This document shows, one piece after another, positions 44,401 through 59,400 of a stretch of 64,000 bases of DNA; the stretch's first letter is position 1, and each line of letters opens with the position of its first letter. Origin of the DNA: Tetramitus jugosus (lineage: Eukaryota > Protista > Heterolobosea); the NCBI GenBank assembly GCA_937625935.1, contig OW569394.1:1-64000 (forward strand), given 5' to 3'. The notes below the pieces were generated by a model, which had not been told where the DNA came from, did not search any database, and was given only the letters and a program-made list of their open reading frames with translations. A program made the translations under genes and the position numbers.

Positions 44401-47400
44401 AGCTAATACTCACAATATTGTAACCCAAGAGTGCTTCCAATCTTGTTGGTAGGCACCGATCAATAGTGGAGTTAATACCTAATTGACCCAGACTGTTGGC
44501 TCCCCAGCACCAAACTTGTCTTTTCAGAGTGAGGGCACAGCTGAAATATTCACCACCAGACACTTGAACAACAATTTCAGATTCTAATCCTGCTACTTTA
44601 ACGGGTACCAAGGATTTTACTGAGGAATGCCCTTGTCCCAGTTGACACCTTGCGTCATCACCCCAACCATATAAAGAACCATCGACTGTAGTTGCCAGTG
44701 AATGATAAGCACCAGCAAACACTGTCGCAGCATTTTTAATGCCAAATATACTTAGTACACGAATTGGAAGACCACCTGACTTGATTGAATCTTGTGTTCC
44801 ATCACCCAGTTGCCCCAGTCCGTTTTGCCCCCACGAGTAGACTGAACCACTGGCACTTAGGCCCAAACAGTGGACTCTACCGCATGAAACAAAAGACATC
44901 TTTGTCGAATTGAGGGGTACTACTAAAACTGGAGTTTGTGATGAACTGATTTGTTGTCCTATTCCGAGCTGGCCTTGTTGGTTATTACCCCAGCTGTACA
45001 ATGAACCTTCAGGAGTTGTTACAATGACCGAAGAGTATCCTACTGCAATGTTGGATGCAATAAGGTTCTTCTTGGAGAACTCAGTCAACACCAAGTTCGT
45101 CTTACTGATCAGTGTGTTGTCTCCTAATTGTCCTAGAGAGTTTTCTCCTACGGAATACATTCGACCATCACCACGAAGAATGATCGAGAATTCTTGACCT
45201 GCACCAACATATTGAACAGGAATGGTATTCAGGCTAGTCGATTTGATAATTTTGTTTGTACTCTGTGTGGTTCCTCGAACTAATTCACCTTTGGATCCTT
45301 TTCCAGTTCCAAAAAGAAAGCCCATTGTAACTCCATCACAGCTGCTTCCCTTGTGGTTCGGATGACAAACACAAGTGTTATTTGGAATACAAACACCATG
45401 ACCCGAGCAAACTGCTGGATCAGTGTTGAGGATACCATTACAAGACACTCCACTACAGTCACTCAACAAGAATTGATCTCTACACACACAGTTATCATCA
45501 CTCACACATTGTCCTCTTCCAGAACAGGAATTCTCATCATCTGCTAAAAATCCGTAGCATGTCGTACCGTTGTACAAAAATATAGTATGTTCGAATGAAG
45601 GAGCAATGTGATTAATAAATCGATGAGAATACTTGTTCACTACTGGTACTGGGAGCGCTTCCATACTTGAAATTCCACCATTTCCCAACTGACCAACATT
45701 GTTGATACCCCAAGAAAGAGATGATCCATTTGATTTTAGGACAAACACATAGTTTCGTCCAGCAAATATTGATTTTGAATCTTGTATTCTCTCGTCATAG
45801 AGTTGTACAGGATATCTTCTACGCTGGATATCAGTTTGATTGTCTCCTATTTGCCCTCGTGATGCCCCTCCCCAAGCAAATATTGTTGCATCAGCAAAGA
45901 TCACATAGGTGTTCTCCTCGGAGCCACCAATAGAAATGGGTGTCTTACCCTTGAATTGAGAGTTCAAGAGAGGAGTGGGTGAGTATCTGTTGAACACTAC
46001 ACCGTCTCCCAACTGACTATAGGAATTTGAGCCCCATACATACAAAACTCCATAAGGACCAATGCCAATTACGTGATTCCATCCAGAAGCCAGTTTCGAA
46101 ATTACAATTTGATCTATTACACCAACTCCCACTTGCAAGGGTGTGGATGAGAGCTGATTATCACCATTTCCTAATTGACCAGCATTATTTTGCCCCCAAG
46201 CAAATATGGTTCCATCGTCGATAAGAACTGTCGTGTGAGCTTCTCCACACACTGCTTGAACCACTTTTTTACCCTGAAGAGCTCCCGATATGAGAACTGG
46301 CTCATGTTTGTCAGCAAATGTTGAGTCACTGTTGCCTAGCTGGCCTCGATAGTTGTACCCCCAAGTATAAACTTGTCCGTTAGAATCCACAATGACAGTA
46401 TGAGCGACACCATTACATCCTGTGACTGCCTTAACGCCACTCAGACCCAAAGGTGCTCTAGGTAATAATCTTGTTATAGTTGTTCCGTCTCCCAATTGGC
46501 CTCTATCGTTCAGACCCCACCCAAACACCTCACCCGTTTCAGTAATTGCAATGGAATAATCCTTACCAGAAGAGATATGAGAAACAACCTTGCCAAATAG
46601 TTCGCCTCCAACAGCCACTGGATATGTCTGAGGCAAATTATAACCGTTTCCGAGTTGGCCCAACGCTCCTTTACCCAAGCTGAAGGCATATCCATTTACT
46701 ACTTGACTACAATCATCTCCAATATATCCGGAACGACAAACACACGAATCGGCTGCTAGGCACGCTCCTCGGCCAGAACAAACTCGAGTATCATTAGGCG
46801 GATAACCGAAGCAATAGAATAAGCTGCAGTCTGGCGCATTGTACTCTGGAGCACACTCGCAATGATCGTGGGCGGTGCAATTACCTTTGGTAGAACATAC
46901 AGTTGGATCGTCAGCAAATATGCCGAAACATACAGTACCATTGAAGAGATACAAAGAGAAATGATCACCAGAGACAGCAGCAGTGGGATAAATGTTTGGA
47001 AATTGTTTCTGGACTTGAACAACGTGATCAGTTCTTGTCTCATTGAAATATCCATTTCCTAACTGACCAAAAAAGTTGTCTGCCCAGGAGAATATGGTTT
47101 GGTTATCGGAGAGGGCATGAACGAATTGATCACCAGCACTAATAGACTGTATATTCACATCACTTGGTAAAATTGTTACCAATACAGGATTTTTCCTATC
47201 TATTGTTGTTTTATCACCCAGTTGACCAACGTTGTTCGCGCCCCAAGCATAAATTGAATTGTCAAATGCGATGACCATCGAAAAGGAGGCTCCAGCAGTG
47301 ATTTGCGATACGGGTTTTCCGTACAACAAACCCGGAACTTGGACTGGTAAGAACTTGTTGTTGTTTGTGCTATCTCCAAGCTGGCCTCTGTCATTCATTC

Positions 47401-50400
47401 CCCAACTATAAACTGTTCCATCAGATCCTAATGCCAAAGAATGATATTTTCCGGCTGTAATTTGGACAATTCTTTTGTTTGCCAACAATGCTCCCACTTT
47501 TCTAGGAGTGTACTTGAGAATGAAAGAGTTGTCTCCTAATTCGCCATGAAGATTATACCCCCACGTGTAAACAGACCCATTGAAGGAGAGTGCCATGCTG
47601 TGATAACCTCCACATGCGATAGCGACAATATCTTCGTACAACAAATCGCCTGTAACTCGAGTGGGTGTTAGCTGCAACGAGATTGGTGAATTGATTCCTA
47701 TTTGGCCAAATTCATTTGAGCCCCATGCAAAGACAGTTCCATTCCGGTCTAATGCCATGGCATGTTCCACTCCGCCACACAAACCGACAATGTCTGAGTC
47801 AGATAGGATATGTTGATTGATTCCTTTGGAGAGAGTTGATCCGTCTCCCAATTGACCATGCGAGTTATGACCCCAAGAGAAAACACGTCCGCTCGCGGTC
47901 TTAATGAGAGAGTACTCGTATCCGGGAGTGATTAAATTCACTGCTGAAGAAATGAGAGTGGCTCTTTCGACTGTTGGTCTGAACTCAATTCCTCTACTAC
48001 CTAATTGAGCAAAGGAGTCTTCTCCAGACGAGTACAGGTAGCCATAAGATTCCACTTCACAGTTTACGCCTGAAAAGCCCTGGAAACAAACACACGTGTC
48101 GAGAGAAACGCACCTACCCCCACCAGAGCATACATCGAGTGATGTTGCAGCAACACCATGACATTGAGCAATACTACAATCCTTTCCTCCGTAAGCAGGA
48201 GGGCATTCACAATGGTCCAAAGCTGTACAATTACCTCTCCAAGAACATACCGTTGGATCATCAAACACAATTCCAAAACACGATATTCCAGAGTACAAAA
48301 ACAGGGAATGAGTAGTTCCAGAAGAAACGCTCGTGATATGTCTTTCAGGTTTTGTGTTACCTACAGCCATAGAGTAGTTACGGCTTGTAAATGTGTAGTC
48401 TCCCAATTGGCCATAGGAATTTTCACCCCAACCATAGGCTGTTCCGTTTGATGCAAGAGCAATAACAAAGTTAGAGTTCTTTCCTACCGAAATGGATGTT
48501 ATTGGATGATCAACATTCAATAATACAATCTGAGGAAGAGATCGATAGTTGACAAGAGTATCCCATTCTCCTAGTTGAGCGTTGGGCAGATTAGCGCCCC
48601 ACGAAAACAGAGAGCCATTTCTCAAGAGAGCATAAGAACTCTCGATTCCAGCAGCAATCGATAGGACCGGTTCAGTACCAAAAAGATTTTGGGATTCAAC
48701 TTTGTATGGCAAACTCCTGCTGAAGATTGTACCATCTCCCAATTGACCCTTGTTGTTTCTACCCCATGAGTAAACAGACCCATCCGCATTCAGGGCAAGA
48801 GTATGGTAGTTGCCCGCTGATACCATTACAATATTTTTGATATTCAATATTCCTCCCACTAACGTAGGAATAGGAACAATACCTCCACTTGTACCGGAGC
48901 CTAACTCGCCAAATGAATTACTACCCCATGCGAAAACTCTTCCTGATGACGATATAGCGAGCGAGTGGGTGTATCCACATGCTATATCCACAATGATTTC
49001 GGGACCAAATTTTTCAGTAATATTAACTGGAATCCATGATGATTCTGTTGATCCAGTACCCAATTGACCGTGAGTGTTATTTCCCCAGGAGTATATATTG
49101 TGGTTCGAGTCAACAGCTAAGGTGAAGTGAACGCAAGCAACAAGTCGAATGATCGATCGCCCTTGAAATAGCTCTACTGGATAGTATCTGGTATAGGTAG
49201 TGTTGTCACCGAGTTGACCTTGGTCATTATTTCCAAAAGTTAGCACTCCTTCTTTCAAACTCACCACAAAAGAGCTTCCTCCTCCTGCTGTGACATAATT
49301 TACTGTTCGACCACTGATTAAACTTGATTGTCTTGGATAACTTTGAGAAATAAAGAATCCATCTCCCAATTGAGAGCTGGTATCATCGCCAGAAGCATAT
49401 AAAAATTGAAGATCGGTGCCATTACACATTGAACCCGTATAACCCGAATCGCAGATGCATGTATCAGTATACAAGCACATTCCATTACCAGAACATACAC
49501 GAGGATTATCGGCAGGAAGTCCATAACAACTTGCAATTGAGCAATTTGAGCCACTATAATCATCAATACAAAGACAGAAATCGTGAGCTATGCAGATACC
49601 TCTGAATGAACAAACTGTTGGATCATCTGCCAATACACCATCACAGAAAGTACCATTATACACCATTAATGAGTGAGAAAATCCTGTTGCAAAAGATACG
49701 ATATGACTACTTTGATAAGGCATTCGATAGGTTTCAGACGGGTACGGGATGATCGAAAGTGGATCATCCAGCGCTAAGTGCTTGTTATTGTTGTTTCCCC
49801 AAGCATAGCTTATACCATCATCCGTTGTCACTTGAACAACATCTGACCAAATACTTGCAGACAACACTGTGACATTATAAAGTCCAATCACTTTCACAGG
49901 AGTGGTTGACCATGGAATCGTTGAGTTAATTCCGAGTTGGCCGAATGAATTATCACCCCAAGCATACAACGATCCATCTTCGGTGATGGCATATGCTGTT
50001 TGCTTTCCAGCTGCAATTTTCTTGACTCCCAATCCTTTGAGTGATCCCAACACACGTCTTGCATGGAAAGTATCAGTGCTGATTTTGGTTCCATCAGCGA
50101 CTTGTCCTTTTGAGTTATCACCCCAGACATACACAACACCTCGATCAGTCAGTGCCATTGAGTAGCGATCACCAGCTGCAATCGAGATTACATTTTCGAA
50201 TCCTAATAATTCTCCTTGGGTAGCATCAGATTGAAGTAGTTTCGGAGCAGACAAGGCGGTATTTGCTCCCAATTGCTTATAGTTATTTTGTCCCCAGCCA
50301 TAGACGCTGCCGTTAGATGTTCTGACAAGAGTGTGTTGCCCACCACAAACTAATTCCACAACTTTTCCTCCATTGAAATTATCTGACGGAGCAGGAAGAA

Positions 50401-53400
50401 GCACTGGAAGAGGATTACCACTTCCCCAGATGAAAATCTCGTTCTTGTCTGAAACTGCGGTCGCATAAGAAGTGCTAACACAAGAGTGGACGATGCGAGT
50501 GGTACTCAATATTCGGCGTGGACGATTCGTGTGTGCTGTTGTTCCATCTCCAAGCAAGCTTATATTTCCTTTTCCCCAGGAGTACAACTCTCCATCTATT
50601 GTCAAAGCTAAAGAGTTGTCATAGCCTGAAGAGATATGCTTGATATAATTTCCATGCGTGAGTGGATATGAAGTCTGCACAGGTTCTAAGCGATTCTTAT
50701 AATAATCATCACCTAATTGTCCCCAACCGTTGTTTCCTGAAGTATACAACAATCCATAGACAGGCATCTCACACTGCGAGCCTGTATGCTCCCAATGACA
50801 AGAACATGAGTCCCAAGCAATACATGAGCCTTTTCCATTACAAACGTTACTACTGGTCGATTTGAGTCCAAAACAAATATTGATGCTACAATCTTGAGAC
50901 ACGTAGCCATCGTCACATTGACATGAATCGGTAGCTATGCACCGACCTCGACCAGAACAAACGTTATCATCATCAGCGAGTACACCAAAGCAATAAGTAT
51001 TGTTGTAAAGAACCAAGGAGTGGGCTAGTCCGCCGGCAAAACCCACGATGGATCTGGATTGACCTTCGAATGAAGCCATCAAATGGGGATATCGGATGAG
51101 TGTGCTCGATGTATTCAATCCTAAATGTTGATGAATGTTGTTACCCCACGCATACGCACCGTAAGGTGTTGAAACTTGAACTGTGTCCAAGTATGCACTT
51201 GCTGATACCCCGGTGATGTTGTGAATTTCAATTACTCTCACAGGCGTAGTCGAAAATGAGAGTATTGTTGAGTTGATTCCTAGCTGACCGAATGTGTTAT
51301 CACCCCAAGCATACAAAAGCCCATCTTCTGTGATTGCATAAGCGGTTTGTTTGCCAGCAGCAATGCTCTTTACCGAATAGTGTTTGAGTATGCCAGTTAC
51401 TCGTCGAGCAGCAAACTTATCTGTACTACTTGTCGTTCCATCACCAGCCTGACCTTTGGAGTTATCACCCCAAACATAGACAGCACCTCGATCAGTAAGT
51501 GCCATTGAGTATCCTTCACCAGCTGCAATCGAAATCACATTTTCAAAACTAAGAAATTCTCCCTTGTTGGGATCCGCTTGAATTTGCACGATCTTAGTTA
51601 ATGTCGTACCGTAAACTAACTTATCTCCCAGTTGATTAACGTTGTTGCTTCCCCAGCCATAAACTGTACCGTTTGACACTCTGAGCAAAGCATGTTGAGT
51701 TCCACAAGCCAATTCAACAACTTGTCCTCCACCATAGTTATCTGCTGGAGCGGGCAATACAACAGGAACATTGCTGTTGCTTCCCCAAAGATAGATTGCA
51801 TTTCCTTCTGTCAGAGCCAGTGCAAATGTTGAACCTGAACATGTATGAACGACTGGAGGTAACGTGCTCATAATCCTTGCAGGAATGCTTCGTTGGACAA
51901 GTGATCCGTCACCAAGAAGGCCGCGAAACGCGCTCACAGATTTACCGTGTCCCCATGAATACAACTCTCCTTCAACTGTAAGAGCGAAGGAATTGTAAGA
52001 GCTGGCCGATAACCTTTTCACATATTTTCCATTTGACAGAGGATACCATGCTTGAACTGGCGATAATCTATTACTAGAATGATCATCACCCAGTTGGCCA
52101 AACGAGTTGGTACCCATTGCGAATGTTAGGCCATAAACCGAGTGTTCGCATTGTGATCCACTGTAGTAGGGATCACATGCGCAAGTATCAAGTGCGACAC
52201 AATATCCACGGTGGGAACAAACAGGCAAGCTACTTTGGTTGTGTCCAAAACAGACATTGATACTGCAATCTTCACCCAAATAACCATCATCACATGAACA
52301 AAGATTTGGACCAACACATGAACCTCTCATTGAGCAAACATTTTCGTCATCAGACAGTATTCCGAAACAGTAAGCTCCATGATAAATAAACAAGGAGTGT
52401 CCACTACCAGAAGCGAAATTGACAATATATCTTGTTTGGTTTTCAAATCTGAATGTCTCAAGAGGATAAGGAATGATACTTTGAGTTGTAATTAGTGCTA
52501 AATGCTTGTTAGTATTGTTTCCCCAAGCGAAACTAAGTCCATCATCCGTTGTCACTTGAACAACATCTGACCAAATACTTGCAGACAACACCGTAATATT
52601 TTGAATATCGGTTACTCTGACAGGAGCAGTAGCCATGGTAATTGTTGAGTTAATTCCGAGTTGGCCGAATGAATTATCACCCCAAGCATACAACGATCCA
52701 TCTTCGGTGATGGCATATGCTGTTTGCTTTCCAGCTGCAATTTTCTTGACTCCCAATCCTTTGAGTGATCCCAACACACGTCTTGCATGGAAAGTATCAG
52801 TGCTGATTTTGGTTCCATCAGCGACTTGTCCTTTTGAGTTATCACCCCAGACATACACAACACCTCGATCAGTCAGTGCCATTGAGTAGCGATCACCAGC
52901 TGCAATCGAGATTACATTTTCGAATCCTAATAATTCTCCTTTGCCTGGATCGCCTTGGATTCTACGTATGATGCTTGACGCACCACCATACACAGCTATT
53001 TCACCCAGTTGATTCGCACTATTGCTTCCCCAGCCATAGACAGTACCGTTTGACACTCTGAGCAAAGCATGTTGAGTTCCACAAGCCAATTCAACAACTT
53101 GTCCTCCACCATAGTTATCCGCTGGAGCGGGCAATTCAACAGGAACATTGCTGTTGCTTCCCCAACGATAGATTATATTTCCTTCTGTCAGAGCCAGTGC
53201 AAATGTTGATCCTGCGCATGTATGAATCACTGGGGGCAAGGTGCTCATAATTCTCACAGGTCTATTTCTTTGGGTGAGTGTTCCATCTCCGAGCAGTCCA
53301 CTAGATGCTGTAAAACTTCCTCGTCCCCAGGAATACAACTCGCCGTCAATAGTCAAGGCCAAAGAATTCTCAGCTCCTGTCGCGATATGCTTAATATGTA

Positions 53401-56400
53401 TTCCATGTGTTAATGGATATGCTGTTTGTGTTGGTGGAACGACACGAGACGGTTCGTCAGTACTGTCACCTAGCTGGCCAAAATTGTTCATACCCACCGA
53501 GTACAAGAGACCATAAGACAATACCTCACAGTGTTGGCCAGAGTAGAATAATTCGCATGCACATGAATCAAGGGCAACACAATGTCCGTGTTGAGAACAA
53601 ACGAGCGAATCTGTTGAATTCTTGCCAAAACAGACATTGATACTGCAATCTTCACCCAAATAACCATCATCACAAGAGCAGAGATTTGGACCAACACATG
53701 AACCTCTCATTGAGCAAACATTTTCATCATCAGACAGTATTCCGAAGCAATATGAGCCATTGTAGACAAGCAAGGAGTGACTCACACCAGCAGAAACATC
53801 AACAACCCTGCTGACTTGACCTGGACGAACTGATGTAGGGACAGGATATCGTATCGGAGAAGTGCTTGTCACCAAAGATAGGTGCTGTTGAGCGTTATTT
53901 CCCCAAGCATAACTGAGGCCATCATCCGTTGTCACTTGAACAACATCCGACCAAATACTTGCAGACAACACTGTGACATTATAAAGTCCAATCACTTTCA
54001 CAGGAGTGGTTGACCATAGAATCGTTGAGTTAATTCCGAGTTGGCCGAATGAATTATCACCCCAAGCATACAACGACCCATCTTCGGTGATGGCATATGC
54101 TGCTTGTTTTCCAGCTGCAATTTTCTTTACCGTCAAGTTCAATAGACTACCACCCACTCGTTTTGCGTGAGTGGTCGAGAATGTTGTACCATCCCCCACT
54201 TGGCCTTGCGAGTTATCACCCCAGATGTACACTTGACCGAGTTCGGTCAGGACCATTGAAAAGCTGTCACCCGCAGCACTTGCTATAATCATCGAGTTGG
54301 TACCAAGTGCTTCGCCGAAGAGAGAAGATCTTTGTTGTGCAGTAATAAGTGTGAGAGGTGAGCCATACAAATACCTATCACCTAGTTGGTTGTTTGTGTT
54401 TGTTCCCCAACCATACACTCGACCATTCGATGTTCTGAACAGAGCATGTTGAGTTCCACAAGCCAATTCAACAACTTGTCCTCCACCATAGTTATCTGCT
54501 GGAGCTGCCAATACAACAGGAACATTGCTGTTGCTTCCCCAAAGATAGATTGCATTTCCTTCTGTCAGAGCCAGTGCAAATGTTGATCCTGCACATGTGT
54601 GAATCACTGGGGGCAAGGTGCTCATAATTCTCACAGGTCTATTTCTTTGGGTGAGTGTTCCATCTCCGAGCAGTCCACTAGATGCTGTAAAACTTCCTCT
54701 TCCCCAGGAATACAACTCTCCTTCAACGGACAAGGCAAACGAGTTGAAGGCTCCTGAGGATGAATATTTAACATACTTCCCATACGCCAAAGGGTATATC
54801 GTTTGAGTGGGGGTTAGTCGGACGGGATCATCAAGATCATCACCAAGCTGGCCCCAGTTATTCTTTCCAACAGAATATAGAAGTCCGTACACTGGAATAT
54901 CGCATTCACTGCCTGTGTAATAGTGGTGGCACGCACATGAGTTGAGATCAACACAAACACCATGACCTGAGCAAACTCCTGGATCGGTTTGATTTAGACC
55001 GAAACAAACACTAATACTACAATCATCTCCTAAATAGCCAGATGAACATGAACATTTGTCAGATGCAACACAAGCACCTCTTGAAGAACAAACATCATCA
55101 TATTCAGACAGTACTCCAAAACAGAATGTCCCATTAACCAACAATAGTGAATGCAAAGAAGAAGCCTCGGCTCCTACAATGAAGTTAGAATTAAACGGAC
55201 TAAGAACTAGAGAAGGAGCAATTGTTGCATCGTTAGTACCATCTCCTAGCTGGTAAGCAGTGTTTTCTCCAAAACCAAAAGCAGACCCATTCTTCAATGT
55301 AACAATCGCATATCGGTTCCATGTTCCTGCTGTTATTGTCGATGCATTTTCTATCAAATGGACTGGTGTTGGAAGAGTGTACTGAATAGTGTTGTTGGTA
55401 CCTAGTTGACCAACATCATTGCTACCCCAAGCAAACAGAGTACCGTCAGCAGAGATGGCATAGGACGAATAAGCACCTGCTGCAATGTTGACAATATGTG
55501 TTCTCAACAGAGTATCCTTGATCTGACGAGGATGTCTGTTACGAACAAGAGTATCATCGCCCAATTGGCCATTGCTGTTGCTTCCCCAGGTGTACACCTC
55601 CCCTCGACTGCTCAATGCCATGCTATGATGTTGACCCGCGGCTATTGCTATCACGTTGACATGAGAAAGAACACCTTTGATAGGACTCAGATCACCAACT
55701 CTCCTCGGCACTGTTTCTATCCGATTCTGTCCATAACCAACAGCTCCATACGCGTAATCATCACCAAATCCAAAAACATATCCTTCTCTTGTTAATATTA
55801 ATGTATGGACATGACCACAAGCTGCTTGCACAGGAGTTCCGCTGATACCAGAAACACTACTAGCTCCCACACTCAATAGAGAATTCCCAATTCCTAGTTG
55901 TCCTGATAGTACTCCATTAGTTGCTCCGTTCATCGTGTTGACTCCCCATGAGTAGACTTCACCAGTATTTAGAACTGCCACAGTGTGATAGGAACCACTA
56001 CACACACTCAATACTTTCTTTGTTGGTAGTAGATGGCTTGGATACAATCTATTGTTTGCTGATCCTGTTCCCAATCGATAAAAGGCACCACTTCCCCATA
56101 CAAATAGTTCTCCGAGTGTTGTAATTGCTAAAGACACATCAGGACCTGAAGAAATTTGTTGAATTTTTCTTCTACTTAATGAATCATAAGGTTTAATCCA
56201 TTCTGAAGTGGATGTCAGTTTGCCATTTCCCAGCTGACCCATGTTATTTCTACCGACGGACAGAACAGCACCAAATACATTAAGTTCGCAGAAATTTCCT
56301 GCATATCCAGCATCGCATTTGCAAGTATCATAGGCAATGCATGTTCCATGGCCAGAGCATACCTCTGGTTGAGTGTTGTTCAATTGGAAGCATGTAGTGA

Positions 56401-59400
56401 ACTCACAAGCCGGTCCAAAATAGTTCTCATCACAGTTGCAAGTATCAGTATCAGTACAATTACCTCGTGTCGAACAAGCCATGGTATCATCCATCGGATA
56501 ATCGAAACAATAGGTTGTATTGAACAGAAAAACACTAAAAATGTTTCCTGTGGCTGCTCCAACAATTTTCTTTGAGGCAAAAGGATTCACCACAGGTGTT
56601 GGCACCAGCTTAGACACAATACTTCCATCTGCTCCTTGTGAATTTGTGTTTAGTCCCCACGAATAGGCTGTACCGTCTGAAGCTGTGGCTACCACAGTAT
56701 AGAAACTGGCGCTCACGGAAACAATTTTGATTCCACTCAACGAAGACACAAGAACAGGATAAGTTAGATACGAAAGAGTGTTATTGACACCCAATTGTCC
56801 AACTGAATTAGCACCCCAAGAATATAATTCTCCATTTGCTGTTAGAGCATATGAAGAATAAGCTCCTGCAGCTACTTGAATCACAGGAAGTCCCAACAGA
56901 GTAGTGATGACCTGTAGAGGATGCACACTGCTTACCAAGGAGCTTTGTCCTAACTGACCCAAGTTGTTGGCGCCCCAGGTGTAAACCTCTCCTCTGCTTC
57001 CCAGAGCAATACTGTGAGCGTCACCCGTAGCAGCTTGGACAATGTTAATCGATGATAAAACACCCTTCCTAGGAGTGCTCGATCCGACTTGAATCGGAGT
57101 CCATCTATTACCCCCATCACCCAAACCAAGCTGTCCACTTCCTCCAATACCCCAAGAGTAAAGTCTACCAGTTGAAGAGCGAGCAATTGTGTGGGAAACA
57201 CCGCAACTGACAGCTACAATTGATAAATTCTCAAGAGTAGATATTTGTCTGGGTATTGTACTATAGTAGAACGTTCCTGACAGACCCAACACACCAACAA
57301 TAGGTGGATAGTAGTCGCTTGGGTTACCATTTGTTGGTACCAAACAAGGACATGTAGTTTCTGTACAAAACAGATTGACATCGTAGTTACACGAGATACG
57401 AGCATTTTGCGTGTTGAATCCCCATGAAAACACTTTGCCATCGGAGGTAACAGCAACAGCATGTTGCTGCCCTGCACAAGCACTAATGATCGAATATTCT
57501 GGTAGAATGTTCGCTGGTCTAATAGAATATAGAGTGGTTCCATTCGCTAAAATGTTGTACAACCTCTTTCCCCAAGAATATAACTTGTTTTTTCTTGATA
57601 TTGCGAGAGTAAAGTCGATACCCGAGTCAACATGCATCACGTGTTCTCCATAAGACAGTGGAAAAGATGTGCGAGTAAAATCAGATCGATCGAGGTAGTA
57701 ATCGTCCCCCAGTTGACCGAGGGTATTACTTCCAATCGTAAATGTTTCTCCATACAGCCAACCGCTGCAGTCATCACCTGTGAATCCGGATTCACATGAA
57801 CATGCATTAAACGAAACGCACACTCCATTTCCGGAACACACTGAAGGATCAGTTGAATTCGTTCCAAAACACGATGTGGAGCTACAATCGATTCCATAGT
57901 AACCTTCTTGGCACACGCAAGTGTCAGTAGCAATACACTCACCCCGCCAGGAACATACATAGGGATCATCTGAAAACAAACCAAAACAATAGGTTCCATT
58001 GAGCAATACGATTGAGTGCTGTAATCCAGAAGAGATAGCAACGATTGATCTGTTTGTGTATGTTTGAGTAACTGGATTCACATACAGCTTTCTTGTAGGT
58101 TGTGGACTAATAACTTTGCCAGTCCCACCATTTAGTAATTGATAAACATTTCCCAAGCCCCATCCGTATCCATCTCCATTATTGTCTCCCACAATTGCAT
58201 ATTCTCCAAAAGTACTCGCAGACAAGGTTGCGATCGATGTTAAATTTAGATCAACAGGAGTCAATGTTTGGCTGATGGTTGAACCAATACCCAACTCATA
58301 ATTGTTATTGTCTCCCCAGGAGAAAACCCTTCCTTCGGCACTCATCGCGTAGGATGATTCCATGCTTGCTGATATCGCTTTAAATGGCACTCTATACATT
58401 GGACCTTTGGATAGCAACTTTGGAAATCGACTCAGATTTGGATTTCTTGAGAGACCGTCACCTATTTGACCTCTACTGTTACTTCCCCAAACAAATACCT
58501 CTCCCTTATCACTGAGTGCCATACTGTGAAATGGTCCAGCAGTGATCGAAATGATTTTCGCATCACTCAGGGTACCTCCAGTTGCCAAAGAATGTGCAAC
58601 TCGCACAGGAAGGAACGCTCGAACACCGGAACCATAATTACCATTTCCCAGTTGACCAAATTCGTTATCACCCCATGCCCATAACTCACCACTCTCCATC
58701 AAAACCAAGCAATGATATTTTCCACATGCAACAGACACGGCAGTACCTGTCATTCCGGTAACCTCTCTAGGTGTGGTGCGCAAGTACACATTTGATCCTT
58801 GACCTAAGTATCCAACGATCGTTGGAGGGGAGCACGTAGTATATGACGAGGGACAACACTGAAGTTCTCCACAAAACCACGTGTAGGTATAGCAAGTTTT
58901 AGTATTGCACCTTGTGTAAGTGGAGGTAGATGCTCCGTTGAGAGTATCAGCACCCCATGAATACACTTTTCCATCGGTTGAAACTGCTGCGGCATGATAC
59001 TGAGCTGCTGAGGCTGAGATGAAGGTTGTTCCTGCAGGAGCATTCACAAGTACAGGTCTCGCTTCCTGTTGATTGTTCCCGTTTCCTAAATTATAATAAG
59101 GATTCCAACCCCATGAATAGAGCTTACCATCCAGAGCAATGGCCAACGAAAAATGATAGCCACTTGAAATGTATTGTACGTAGGTGTCTGTCGAAAGGGG
59201 AACAGAAGTAATTCCCAGGAGAGCACGAGTAGCCAATAACCCATCACCCAAAGAACCATAACTATTTACACCAGCTGTAAAAGCGTATCCGAACACTCGA
59301 TTCTCACACTTCTCTCCTGAATACACACCGTTCGTGCAAACACAAGTATTGAGAGCAATACAATGTCCTTTTGCGGAGCAAACACTGGGATCGCTTGAAT

